Shown: positions 34,677 to 44,529 of the stretch, piece after piece | How positions within the stretch are numbered: position 1 is the stretch's first letter | Layout: each line of letters begins with the position of its first letter | Origin: an uncultured Gemmatimonadales bacterium | GTDB taxonomy: Bacteria > Gemmatimonadota > Gemmatimonadetes > Gemmatimonadales > GWC2-71-9 | Direction: 5' to 3' | Assembly (NCBI GenBank): GCA_963739455.1 | Contig: CAVUAK010000001.1 | Span: forward strand, 96,001-160,000 | DNA length: 64,000 nucleotides | Translations under genes and position numbers: made by a program | The notes under the pieces: generated by a model | What the model saw: only the letters and a program-made list of their open reading frames with translations | The model's database searches: none | Told to the model about the DNA's origin: nothing

Positions 34677-35971
34677 ATCTCCGCCTCGTACTTCACCGCG
34701 CCATCACTCCCGACGCTCCAGCCGCGGATGTAGCTGAAGTGGTAGTCCGTGCCCACACCCCGCACCCGCTTGAATTCCGCCCAGGTCGGCTGCACGCCAC
34801 CCGTCTCGTCCGTCGCTCGGCTCATCAGCACCGCAGGATTCCCGTCCCACTTCCACATCTGCTCGAATCGCACCGGCGCCAGCGGCAGGTTGTTCCCCTC
34901 GATGCGAGCCGGCTGCCAGCTCTTCCCGCCATCGGTGCTCACTTCCACCTTCGCGACGCGCCCGCGACCCGTCCACGCCAGTCCACGGATCGGCCACCAT
35001 CCCTTTTCCGTCAGTTGCTGCGGAAATGCCGGTGACGTGATCACCGACTTCACGTCCATCAGGAAGCTGAACTGCCGCGCCTTCCCTCCCGGAAGCGGAT
35101 CGGTGTACTTCGACGTCTCGTCCTTCGACATGTTCGGCTGGTCGCTCAGCTCGATGCGCCGCACCCACTTGATGCTCGTGTTCCCCTCGAACCCCGGCAG
35201 CAGCAGTCGCACCGGATACCCGTTCGACGGGCGCAGTGCCTCGCCATTCTGTCCCCACACCAGCAGCGCGTCGTCCAGCCCCTTCCCCACCGGGATGCTG
35301 CGTGACAGCCGCGCCGCGTCGCCTCCCTCCGCGACAAACCAGGTCGCACCCGGCTTGACGCCCGCCTCTCGCAGCAGCGTCGACAGCGGTACGCCCGTCC
35401 ACTCCGCGGTGCTGAGTAGCCCGTCCACCACCTGCGGCGTCATCTCCGGCTTCGGCGCGCGATACGCAGACCGCCCGTTCCCTGAGCACTCGATGAAGTA
35501 GGTGCGCGTCACCGACGGATAGCGCAGCAACTGCTCCAGGTCGATGATCAGCGGACGCTCCACCATGCCGTGGATCATCAGCTTCCATTGCTGCGGGTCC
35601 ACCAGTGCCACGCCATTGTGGATCCGCTCGAAGAACAGGTCCGACGGGGTGATCGTCCCCGACATGTTCTGCAGCGGCGCGAACGATGCCCCACTCAGCA
35701 CGCCCGCTGGTGCCCGCATCGGGTCCACGAACGGTGACCGGATCCCCCGCGCACTGGTGACGAGTCCCGGCACCGCGGTCGGGTCTGGAGGCACCACGAT
35801 CGTGGTCGTATCCGCGGCCGCTGCAGCCGGCGCGGCCGCCGGACCCTGCGCCAGGAGTCGGTGGCTGCCAAGCGCCGCCGCGCCAGCGATGCCCGCTGCA
35901 CTTGCCAGCAGCGCGCGCCTTGAGATGTCGCCTTCGCTTGGGGGGGCCTCTTCGGTGGTACGACGCTTCAT
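34673..35971 (-). CDS. soxC: SoxC-type sulfite-oxidase-family molybdoenzyme with Tat signal
   Basis: SRRALL Tat motif, FFERIHNG, ECSGN (Mo-ligating Cys), NGYPVRLLLPG, KWVRRI, SRATDETG. Confidence 0.9.
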   Translation of the reverse strand: MKRRTTEEAPPSEGDISRRALLASAAGIAGAAALGSHRLLAQGPAAAPAAAAADTTTIVVPPDPTAVPGLVTSARGIRSPFVDPMRAPAGVLSGASFAPLQNMSGTITPSDLFFERIHNGVALVDPQQWKLMIHGMVERPLIIDLEQLLRYPSVTRTYFIECSGNGRSAYRAPKPEMTPQVVDGLLSTAEWTGVPLSTLLREAGVKPGATWFVAEGGDAARLSRSIPVGKGLDDALLVWGQNGEALRPSNGYPVRLLLPGFEGNTSIKWVRRIELSDQPNMSKDETSKYTDPLPGGKARQFSFLMDVKSVITSPAFPQQLTEKGWWPIRGLAWTGRGRVAKVEVSTDGGKSWQPARIEGNNLPLAPVRFEQMWKWDGNPAVLMSRATDETGGVQPTWAEFKRVRGVGTDYHFSYIRGWSVGSDGAVKYEAEI

Positions 35972-35981
35972 GACCTGCTCC

Positions 35982-37049
35982 TCAGTTGCTGCTGCGACTC
36001 ACCGGTGCCGGCGCCGGCACCAGCGAAAGCTGCGGGTTCTTGCGCGACACCAGCGACGCCGGCGGGTTGAAGGCTGACGTGCCCCTTGGTCGCGTACGGG
36101 CACGTCCGCCGGCGCACCACCCAGCGGCCAGTCCCCTTCCTTCCCCGGCGAATCGGGACGCGGGTGACTGTTGATGTACGCCGCCACGTCGAACGCCTCC
36201 TGCCACGACAGCGTCCCGCCCTGCCCCAGCGGCATGTTGTGCTGGATGAAGCTCGCCGCGCGCTCCACCCGTGCCATCGACGCCCCGATGCTGAAGCTCT
36301 TCGCTCCCCAGAGCGCCGGAATGCCCGGCATGCCCTGTCCCTCGGCGCCATGACAGGCGCTGCATGTGCCCTTGAACAGCGCTTCGCCCCGAGCCATGTC
36401 ACCCGCGAGCGTGTCCGGCGGGTCCAGCAACCCCTTCGTCCCGGCGATATGCGCCCCGACCGGCACGCCCGTCGACACATACGAGATGTACGCCAGGATG
36501 TCCTGCATCTCCCGGCTCTCCACCGGCAGCCGGTTCCCCGCCAGCGATCGCGTGAAGCAGTAGTTCACCCGGTCCGCCAGCGGAATCACTGCGCCCGCGC
36601 GATTCATGTACTTCGGGATACCGCGCGAACGCACCGGTGAGCGGTGCTGCCTCGACCCGCGTCCCGTCCTCGAGATGGCAGCTCGTGCAGTTGAGGCTGC
36701 TGGGAGCAAACCCCGGAAGGCTGTCACGCGTGTGCCGCAGCAGGTTGAGCCCGCGACTGATCGAGTTGCCCAGGCTGTCATTGGGAATACTGTCGCGCGA
36801 AGGCGGCGCCCAGCCCGCCAGCCCGTAGTCGGCGCGCGGCGCAGCAGGCGTGCTATCGACGGCGACACTGGCGACCGGCTTTGCGGCCGGGGTCTCCGAG
36901 CATGCGCTGGCAAGCACGCAGACCGCGAACACGTAGGAGACGCGCCCGAAGCCCGGTTGGTCCCGCGACGGCGCGAACGCGAGGGGCTGGGTGGGGCTGG
37001 GTGGAAGGGCGTCGAGAGCGCCGGAGGGGGACCAGCCGGGCGAGGGCAC
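35982..37049 (-). CDS. tsdA: TsdA-like diheme cytochrome c (thiosulfate dehydrogenase), lipoprotein; start uncertain; apparent frameshifts
   Basis: LASAC lipobox, NCTSCH, RVNYCFTRSLAG (Cys ligand), CSACHGAEGQG, PALWG..SFSIGASM, HNMPLG. Confidence 0.78.
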
Positions 37050-37052
37050 GCG

Positions 37053-37959
37053 CTACCGGGGCACCGCAATGAGCCCCAGCGCCACCCGCCGCCACCCCGT
37101 CCACACCTCGGCGCCAGCCGGTGATCGGATCATCATCTGGCTCGAAATTCCCCCGTCCAGCAGCACCGCATTCGACGCCCCCAGGGCGCCCATCACCGCC
37201 GCCATCTCCGGCGTCGTCAGCCCCAGCGGAATGTTCGCCAGCACCCCACCGAGCGCCTCGAACCGCGTCATCGCAATGATCACTTTTCCGTCGCGCTGCA
37301 ACCCCAGCGCCAGCCGCGCATCCCGGTGCGATCGATCGACACCGAGTCCGTCCGCCTGCAGCGGCACCGGCACCTCCCCGTCACCCGACAACAACGTCGG
37401 ATACGACTGGAACGCCATTCGCGCCTCACCCCGCACCACCGACAGCGAATCCGGCGATACCAGCCGCACAGCTCCATTCGCATCCACCACGACGCCCGGC
37501 GCCAGCGGCCCCTTCCCGGGCACCTGCCGCTCTACTCCATCCTGCACCACCCAGCCCCATGGCTGGTCGGTGAACTGCCCCGCGTTCACCGCGAACACCG
37601 CATCGTCTGGAGCGTCGCCCACGCTCCAGCGCCCCGCAAACACCTTTCCATCCGCCGGCTTCACCAGCTCGAACCTGCAGCAGCGACGGATCCAGTCGCG
37701 CCACGATCACCCGTACCCGGAACGCCTCCCCGTCACCCGACAGCGAAAGCTCCCCCCGCTCCACGCCCGGTGACGCCTGCGTCCACACTACCCGGTCCGC
37801 CACAGCCGGCAGCGCCGCCGACCACTGCACCGGCGCCGCATCCCCTCGCCACCATGTCTCCCACCCCGTTGCCACGCGTACCGCCAGCGCCGGCTCCCGC
37901 ATCGCGGGAACCGGTACACCAGCCAGTGCAATCGCAACGACGGAAGCGGCGAACCTCAC
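37053..37959 (-). CDS. Phosphodiester glycosidase (NAGPA/DUF2233) family secreted protein; apparent frameshift about 37670
   Basis: AVNAGQF, HRDARLALG, AVLLDGGISSQM. Confidence 0.75.
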
Positions 37960-38865
37960 ATCGGCGTCCCGGCCTTCCGCATCTCAGCCATCTTCTCTCG
38001 CGTGATTCCCAGCTCTGCGTTGATCGCGTCGGCCTCTTCCTGCGGAATCTTCCCCGCCTTCACCTGCGTGTTGCTCGATGCGTAACCCTCCGCCTTCTCG
38101 CGGATCACCTGCCAGGTGGCCAGCGGCATGCCCGCCGCCTGGGCTCCCGCCGTCTGGATTACCTCAGCCGCCGTGTTGGCCGCCGACTTCGGCGCGGTCG
38201 GGCTCACCGGCTTTACACCGCAGGTCTTCTCCACCTTCGCGACAACCGCCTGGTCCACCGATGACGCCTCGCCCGCGGCGCTCGCGGCACTCATCCCTCG
38301 CGCTGACACCCCCGCCATCGTCTTCTGGAAGTCGGCCAGCGTCTGCTGGTCTGCCGCAGTGCCCTTCCCCGCCTGGATTCGCTCTGCCGCCGCCTCCGCC
38401 GCGTGCGCCTGCTTCTCGAGTGCCGCCTGCTCCGATTCACCTACTTCGCGCCCTGTCCCGCCTTCTCGGCCTTGTCCTGGGCCGCGGTGCGCGACGGCTC
38501 TGCCTCCTTGATCACCTTCTCCTTGCACGCCTCGTACTTCTGCTGGCCTTGTCGTAGGCCTCGCTTTCCTTGCTGTACTTCTCCTGCGCCTTCTCGGCGT
38601 CCTTCTGCTGCGCTTCAGCCTGCTTCACCGCGCCCGGCGTCGCCGCGATCTCCGCCGCAAGCCCGGTGTTCACCTGCTTCAGCTGTGCCGACGTGACGTC
38701 GATATTGTCCACGTACCGGGGTGGCGTCGTGTTCACCCCGGCGGCGTTCGCGGCCGCATTGGTGGCCGACTTCTTCAGCTTGCTGAACTGCGCCTGGGAA
38801 ATGGTCGGGATGATGGCGCTGGCAACAACGCCGAGCGCCGCGAGGGCGAGGTAGCGACGGGACAT
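37956..38865 (-). CDS. Secreted alpha-helical hypothetical protein; apparent frameshifts about 38440-38550
   Basis: Signal peptide MSRRYLALAALG...AQ; Ala/Lys/Gln-rich; ATGA-type overlap with the downstream gene. Confidence 0.65.
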
Positions 38866-38959
38866 GGCTGCGACTCCGTGAGGGATTGGCTTGGTCCGCT
38901 ATCATAGCCGAAAAAGGAGGCGCGCACAAAGGACACCCGCTGGCCCGGCCCGACGAATG

Positions 38960-39017
38960 GTCATTGCGAGGCCGCGAAGCGGCCGCGGCAATCCCGATGC
39001 CTTCGAGCGGGACTGCC
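38960..39017 (+). repeat. REP-like palindrome with a partial inverted partner
   Basis: GTCATTGCGAGGCCGCGAAGCGGCCGCGGCAATCCCG, then CGGGACTGCC. Confidence 0.75.
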
Positions 39018-39070
39018 GCCCCGGCTGCACCCCCCGTATCATCCACCGTCCCGCCACCCCGAGCCGACGA

Positions 39071-41750
39071 CTGACCGACCCCGCGCCAACATTTGCGTCC
39101 GCCCTCGCTGACCGCTATCGCATCGAACGCGAGCTCGGCCAGGGCGGCATGGCCACCGTCTATCTCGCCGAGGACCTGCGGCACCGGCGCCGAGTCGCCA
39201 TCAAGGTCGTTCATCCCGAGTTGTCGCGCCGTCATCGGCTCCGACCGCTTCCTCAAGGAGATCGAGCTCACGGCCAATCTCCAGCACCCGCACATCCTGC
39301 CCCTCTTCGACAGCGGCAGCGCCAACGGCCAGCTCTTCTACGTCATGCCCTTCGTCGAGGGCGAGTCTCTCCGCGATCGCATCAAGCGCGAGAAGCAGCT
39401 CCCCATCGAGGATTCCCTCAGCATCTCGAAGGAAGTCGCCAGCGCCCTCGACTACGCCCATCGACACGGCGTTATCCACCGCGACATCAAGCCCGAGAAT
39501 ATCCTCCTTCACGACGGTCGCGCCGTTGTCGCCGACTTCGGCATCGCCCTCGCCATGCAGCAGGCCAACGGCGGCCGCATGACCCAGACCGGCATGTCGC
39601 TCGGCACGCCGAGCTACATGTCGCCCGAACAGGCGATGGGTGACAGGGAGATTGGCCCAAGGAGCGATGTCTACGCCCTCGGCGCCGTCACGTATGAGAT
39701 GCTGACGGGCGAGGCGCCCTTCACCGGGCCCACCGCGCAATCGATCGTGGCGAAGGTGATGACCGAGGAACCGGCGTCGATCATCCTGCGCCGGAAGACG
39801 GTGCCATCCACCGTAGAGCAGGCCGTGCTCACTGCGCTGCAGAAGCTGCCCGGCCGATCGCTGGGGCAGCGCCAAGGAGTTCAGCGATGCGTTGGATGGG
39901 AAAGGGGTCCAGGCCACCCGCCTTACCCGCCCTACCCGCCTTACCCGCCCTGACGTCCTCCCCGCCTTCCCCGCCTTCCCCGCCCTCGCGGCCCTGCTGG
40001 CCGCGGCTTGGCGCTGGCATGCTGGGGCTGGCTCCGCAAGCCTGCCGCGCCGCACCGCAACCGCTCGCCCGCTACGAAGTGAAACTCCCCTACTTCGCCA
40101 GCACTCGCCTCTCATACACGGGCGGATCGCTCGCGATCTCCCCCGACGGCGTCGACCATCGCCTACATCGGGCGGAAGGAGCAGGGCGTGCGCTCCCTCT
40201 GGGTGCGCGATCGTGCCTCGCTCGAGGCGAAGGAACTCGCCGGCACTGAGCTCGCCGACGCTCCCTTCTTCTCTCCCGATGGCGAGTGGATCGCCTACTT
40301 CCTGAATGGGACGCTGTGGAAGGTGCGCGTGAGCGGCGGCGCGCCTACGCTCGTCACCGACTCCGCCAACGTCAACCTTCCCTCAGGTGCCTGGGCCGCA
40401 GACGGGACCATTTTCTTCACCGGGGCGGGATTTGACTTGCGAACGGTCGGCGGTCCGGGCAACGGGAAGGCCCTGCAGCTTGCCATGCCACCTGCGGCGA
40501 TCGCCTGGGGCTTTCCGAACGTGCTGCCTCGCACCGATGCCATCCTCGCCACGGCGTGCAGCAACAACTGCGCGACCATGACCGTCTTCGCGCTCGACCT
40601 GAAGGCGAAGGTGCAGCACGACCTGGTGAAGGGCGCCGCAAGGGGATGGTATGTGCCCGGATACCTTATCTACGCCCGCCAGGACGGCAACGTCTACGCC
40701 CAGCCGTTCGACCCGAAGTCGCTTTCGCTCAGTGGAGCACCGGTGCCCCTGGTGTCCAACGTGCGGACCCTGCTCGGCGTTACCCCTGAGCTCGCGTTCA
40801 GCCGCAATGGCACCATGGTGCACCTCGATGCCGGCGTGGTGCAGGATCTCCAGGTCGTGCGCGTCGACCGTGCCGGGGCGCACCACATGGTCGATCCCGA
40901 CTGGCAGGGCAACTTCAACTCGCTGGCCCTCTCGCCCGACGGCCGGCAGCTTGCCCTCAGTGTCGTCCAGACCATCCACACCGATCTCTGGATCAAGCAG
41001 CTCGACAAGGGGCCGCTCACCCGGCTCACCTTCGAGGGGAACATCAACTATCGACCCGCCTGGACGCCCGATGGACGGTCGATCGCCTTCATCTCCGACC
41101 GCACCGGTCGTTCCTTGCCGTATGTCGTGCGCGCCGACGGCAGCGGAGCGGCGACGCCCGTGGCAATCCCCGACACCAACCAGATGGACGAGATCACGTA
41201 CTCGGACGACGGCAAGTGGATCGTCTATCGCATTGGTGTCGTTGCAGGGTTGCGCCGGCTCCGCAAGTACCGCATCGGCGATTCCGTCACCACCGCCATT
41301 GATCCGGGGAAGTTTGACCAGTACATGCCTGCCATCTCGCCCAATGGAAGGTGGCTCGCGTACTCCACCGTCGAGTCGGGACGCGAGGAGGTCTACGTGC
41401 GCCCCTTCCCCAACACCAGCGACGCCCGCTGGCAGGTCTCCAACGCGGGTGGCTCCGCACCCGTCTGGGCCAGCGGCGGACGGGAATTGATCTTTGCCGA
41501 CAGTGCTAATCGCATCGTCTCGGTCGCCCTTGTCGCCGGCGATTCGATCAACTCGGCCGAACCCGTTCCCCTCTTCAGCCTCGAGAGCCTGGTGATGCCG
41601 CCCTTCCACCAGGGATTCTCGGTGACACCCGACGGAAAGAGCTTCATCTTCTTTGAGGACCGGGCGCGGGGAGATAAGACCGGTCGGTACGCCCAGGTCA
41701 CCCTCAACTGGCTCGATGGACTCGGGAAGGCTCCTGCCGGGGGCAAATAG
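39071..41750 (+). CDS. Ser/Thr kinase-TM-TolB-like beta-propeller receptor, paralog 6 (probable CTG start); apparent frameshifts
   Basis: LTDPAPTFASALADRYRIE; kinase motifs; SPDG repeats; ends FSVTPDG...LNW. Confidence 0.88.
39916..39986 (+). repeat. (ACCCGCCYT)4 + (CCCCGCCYT)3 in kinase 6 linker
   Basis: Read directly. Confidence 0.88.
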
Positions 41751-41834
41751 CCCTGCGGACGCATTGGTGACGACTTGGGGACGTCAGTGACGTAACCTGA
41801 TCGCTCCCCTCTCTGTCCCCAAGGAGCGCTCCAC

Positions 41835-42731
41835 ATGACCCCAGCAAGGCTGGTACTCGTAGCGCTGGCCGCCGCCGCGATCGCCTGCAGTTCCGACAAT
41901 GACACAGTCGATGTTTCAGTGAGCCCCGGGCCTGATAACTCCGGCCGTGGAACCGTTTCGGCATCCGATGTCATGCTGTGCCAGCTCGATGGAACCGCGA
42001 CGACGGGAGTCTGCAACACGACGCTCGATCAGGGCGGCGAATCCCTCGAGCTCGTCGCCGTACCCGGCGACGGCTCCTCGTTCATGGGATGGCTGGGGGA
42101 CTGCACTGGCACTGGAACCTGCGTTCTCAGCCTCTTGCGCAATCGCGCCGTGCAGGCCGTCTTCGCCATCAATGAGCTGGTCACGATCAGCAACGACGCC
42201 GGCTCCACTGGAATCCTGCAAGTCACAAGTAACCCGGCCGGTATCGACTGCAGCCTGTCGACTGTCTTCACCAGCGGCAGCGGCTCGTGCCAGGCCGGAT
42301 TCCCTGAAGGCACTTCAGTAACGCTCACGGCCACCCCCGATGAGTACTCGAGCTTCGACCACTGGTCAGGAGGCTGCACTGGGGCCACATGCACGCTGAC
42401 AATCGCTGGCCCGGTCAACGTTATCACGAACAGTCACGGGAGCTTTCCGCTGACGGTTCGGGCCGGCAACGACAACGCGGGCTCGGGGACCATTACCAGT
42501 TCCCCGGCTGGCATCAATTGTACTGTTGCAACCGCAGGCACTTCCGGCACATGCGCCGCCACGTTCACCGGCGGGACCGTCGTAACCCTGTCCGCGGAAC
42601 CGGCCCCGGGGTTTGTGTTCACTTACTGGCACGGACCGGATCCTGACCTTCGTTGCGGTAGCGACCCGGTATGCCCCGTCGGCATGTATGGCCCGCAGGG
42701 CATGCCCGCCAACTTCTACCCCGACTTTTGA
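41835..42731 (+). CDS. Cys-rich lipoprotein with divergent InlB B-repeat-like domains
   Basis: Lipobox AIAC; repeated G.V/I.S.PAGI.C...C...F..GT.VTL.A.P..S.F..W.G.C. Confidence 0.75.
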   Translation: MTPARLVLVALAAAAIACSSDNDTVDVSVSPGPDNSGRGTVSASDVMLCQLDGTATTGVCNTTLDQGGESLELVAVPGDGSSFMGWLGDCTGTGTCVLSLLRNRAVQAVFAINELVTISNDAGSTGILQVTSNPAGIDCSLSTVFTSGSGSCQAGFPEGTSVTLTATPDEYSSFDHWSGGCTGATCTLTIAGPVNVITNSHGSFPLTVRAGNDNAGSGTITSSPAGINCTVATAGTSGTCAATFTGGTVVTLSAEPAPGFVFTYWHGPDPDLRCGSDPVCPVGMYGPQGMPANFYPDF

Positions 42732-42787
42732 ATGTGAACAAGGTCGCCTGGCACTGGGGCGACCAATCAAGGTCTTGCATTGTTTTG

Positions 42788-42817
42788 GAATGCCCGGCAG
42801 GATACTGCCGGGCATTC
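42788..42817. terminator. Perfect 13-bp hairpin (terminator or REP-like)
   Basis: GAATGCCCGGCAG-gata-CTGCCGGGCATTC; no clear U-tract. Confidence 0.45.
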
Positions 42818-42864
42818 ACTGTTACAGGCTTCAGGCTGCGGCCTGGACACACGAGGCAAGCACG

Positions 42865-42993
42865 ATGGCCGTGGTCCTGGTTACTGGCTGCAGCGTCGGC
42901 ATCGGCTACGGAACCGCGCTCGACAGGTTCGCCGCGGTGCAGGCCGACTTCGGCATCTATGCCCGGCCCGCGGCCGCTCGACTCCGCGCGTGA
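42865..42993 (+). pseudogene. Internally deleted short-chain dehydrogenase remnant
   Basis: MAVVLVTGCSVGIGYGTAL (TGxxxGIG), ends after 42 codons; GTGA overlap with the next gene. Confidence 0.6.
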
Positions 42994-43496
42994 GTGAGCC
43001 GATCCCGATGGCCCAGCGCAAGCTCGACTGGGCGTTCATCGCGTTTTTCATCTTCAACCTGTTCTTCATCACCTACTTCGTCGATGTCGAGCAGGTGCTG
43101 ATACCCGACACTTCGAACTTCACCTATCCCATCTGGCCCCCGAAGGCCGCCGTCGACCTCTTTCACTGGTACGGCCGCACCTACGACCCGCTCCTCGTGG
43201 CCCGTCCACCTTTCTGGCGCGCCACCATCTGGCTCGACGTGCTCCTCTTCGGGCCCTACTACATCGCCGCCATCTACGCCTTCTGGAAGGGGAAGGACTG
43301 GATTCGCCTCCCCACCATCATCTACGCCACCATGCTCTTCACCAACGTGGTGATCATCCTCTTCGAGGAAAAGCTCGGCGCGCACGCCGCGCGGAGCTTC
43401 GCCATGGTCTTCGGCTCCAACCTCGCCTGGCTCGTCTTCCCTGTCCTGCTCATCATCCGCATGTGGCCCAGCGAACACCCCTTTACCCGGTCATAG
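42990..43496 (+). CDS. EXPERA (EBP/TMEM97-like) 4-TM membrane protein
   Basis: FVD.E, Y...YDPLL..RPPFW..IWLDVLLFGPYY, W.R.P.IIYA, N..WL.FP.L. Confidence 0.7.
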   Translation: MSEPIPMAQRKLDWAFIAFFIFNLFFITYFVDVEQVLIPDTSNFTYPIWPPKAAVDLFHWYGRTYDPLLVARPPFWRATIWLDVLLFGPYYIAAIYAFWKGKDWIRLPTIIYATMLFTNVVIILFEEKLGAHAARSFAMVFGSNLAWLVFPVLLIIRMWPSEHPFTRS

Positions 43497-43554
43497 GCCC
43501 CTGCTTTCTCCTGGCGAGCGCCCGTGGTGGTTCCCTGTTCTGCCCTGCCTTCTC

Positions 43555-44514
43555 ATGGCTTCCGCATGCGCGTGGGTCCCGGTCGACAAACCAGGACTAC
43601 GAGGTTGCGGCGCCGATGGCTCCCCTGTCGGGGAGGGTACACTCGCATTGGCGCCGAGTCGGGTCCTCGGTGTGCGGATTGACTCGGCTACTTGGCGGAC
43701 CAACGCTCATACCGTCGACCTTGGGGCCGAGACAACCTTGGACCTCCGGATCCGGCTGCGGGTGACACAGCGGACCTGGCTCGATAGCATCGCCGCGCTG
43801 TATGAGTTTGAGGACCCTCGCACGGGGCAGGTCAGTTACCGGTTCGACGACAACATCCTGCCGTCGACTCATTTCCTGATGCATCAACTCATTGTCAACG
43901 AGGGAAGCGCATTCTGGGCCGATTGGCGCATGAGGTTGGAGGATGGGTTTGCAACCAGCCGGAAGCTCAACTCCCCATGCCCGCGCACCGTCCGCATCGT
44001 GCCCAGGAATGACCTGCTGCGCTATCTCATGCCAACCGTGCTCTCGCCTTCGAGCGTGGCCATCATGCTGCAGCAACCTGCCGCCCGGATTGATGCTGCC
44101 GGGTCACCGCTGGTTTTTGTCCTGGACACGTTCGTCGTTGCCGAGCCCTTCGGGAACGTCGTGCTTGGCGTGGCAGTCAACACGGCGGACACCGCTCTCG
44201 GGCCCATGGTCGCCGCCTTGGTCATCGATGAAGGTCGGCCAATCGTGCCAGACGGTACAGTTCTCCCTGAGAGCCTGAGAACACGGGACACGCTGGAGTA
44301 TCTCATCGGTCGTGTGGGAGCACGTGACACCGTGGTCTTTGCCGGCAATCGAATGTTGTTCGGGGAGCGGGTTGTCGATCGACTGACGTATCTGGCGTCT
44401 TCCATACGCGACAGGCGCATTGCAGGAGAAGGCGATCGTCATTGGGTGAGCTGGGCACGCTATCGAGCACCCGATCCCGATACGGAAGTGACGATTCCGC
44501 TGCAAGCGGAATAG
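43555..44514 (+). CDS. Hypothetical protein, possibly a lipoprotein with an upstream start
   Basis: 319-aa ORF filling the gap; hydrophobic in-frame stretch before MASAC; no recognised family. Confidence 0.55.
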   Translation: MASACAWVPVDKPGLRGCGADGSPVGEGTLALAPSRVLGVRIDSATWRTNAHTVDLGAETTLDLRIRLRVTQRTWLDSIAALYEFEDPRTGQVSYRFDDNILPSTHFLMHQLIVNEGSAFWADWRMRLEDGFATSRKLNSPCPRTVRIVPRNDLLRYLMPTVLSPSSVAIMLQQPAARIDAAGSPLVFVLDTFVVAEPFGNVVLGVAVNTADTALGPMVAALVIDEGRPIVPDGTVLPESLRTRDTLEYLIGRVGARDTVVFAGNRMLFGERVVDRLTYLASSIRDRRIAGEGDRHWVSWARYRAPDPDTEVTIPLQAE

Positions 44515-44529
44515 CCCGTTGATGTTCGA

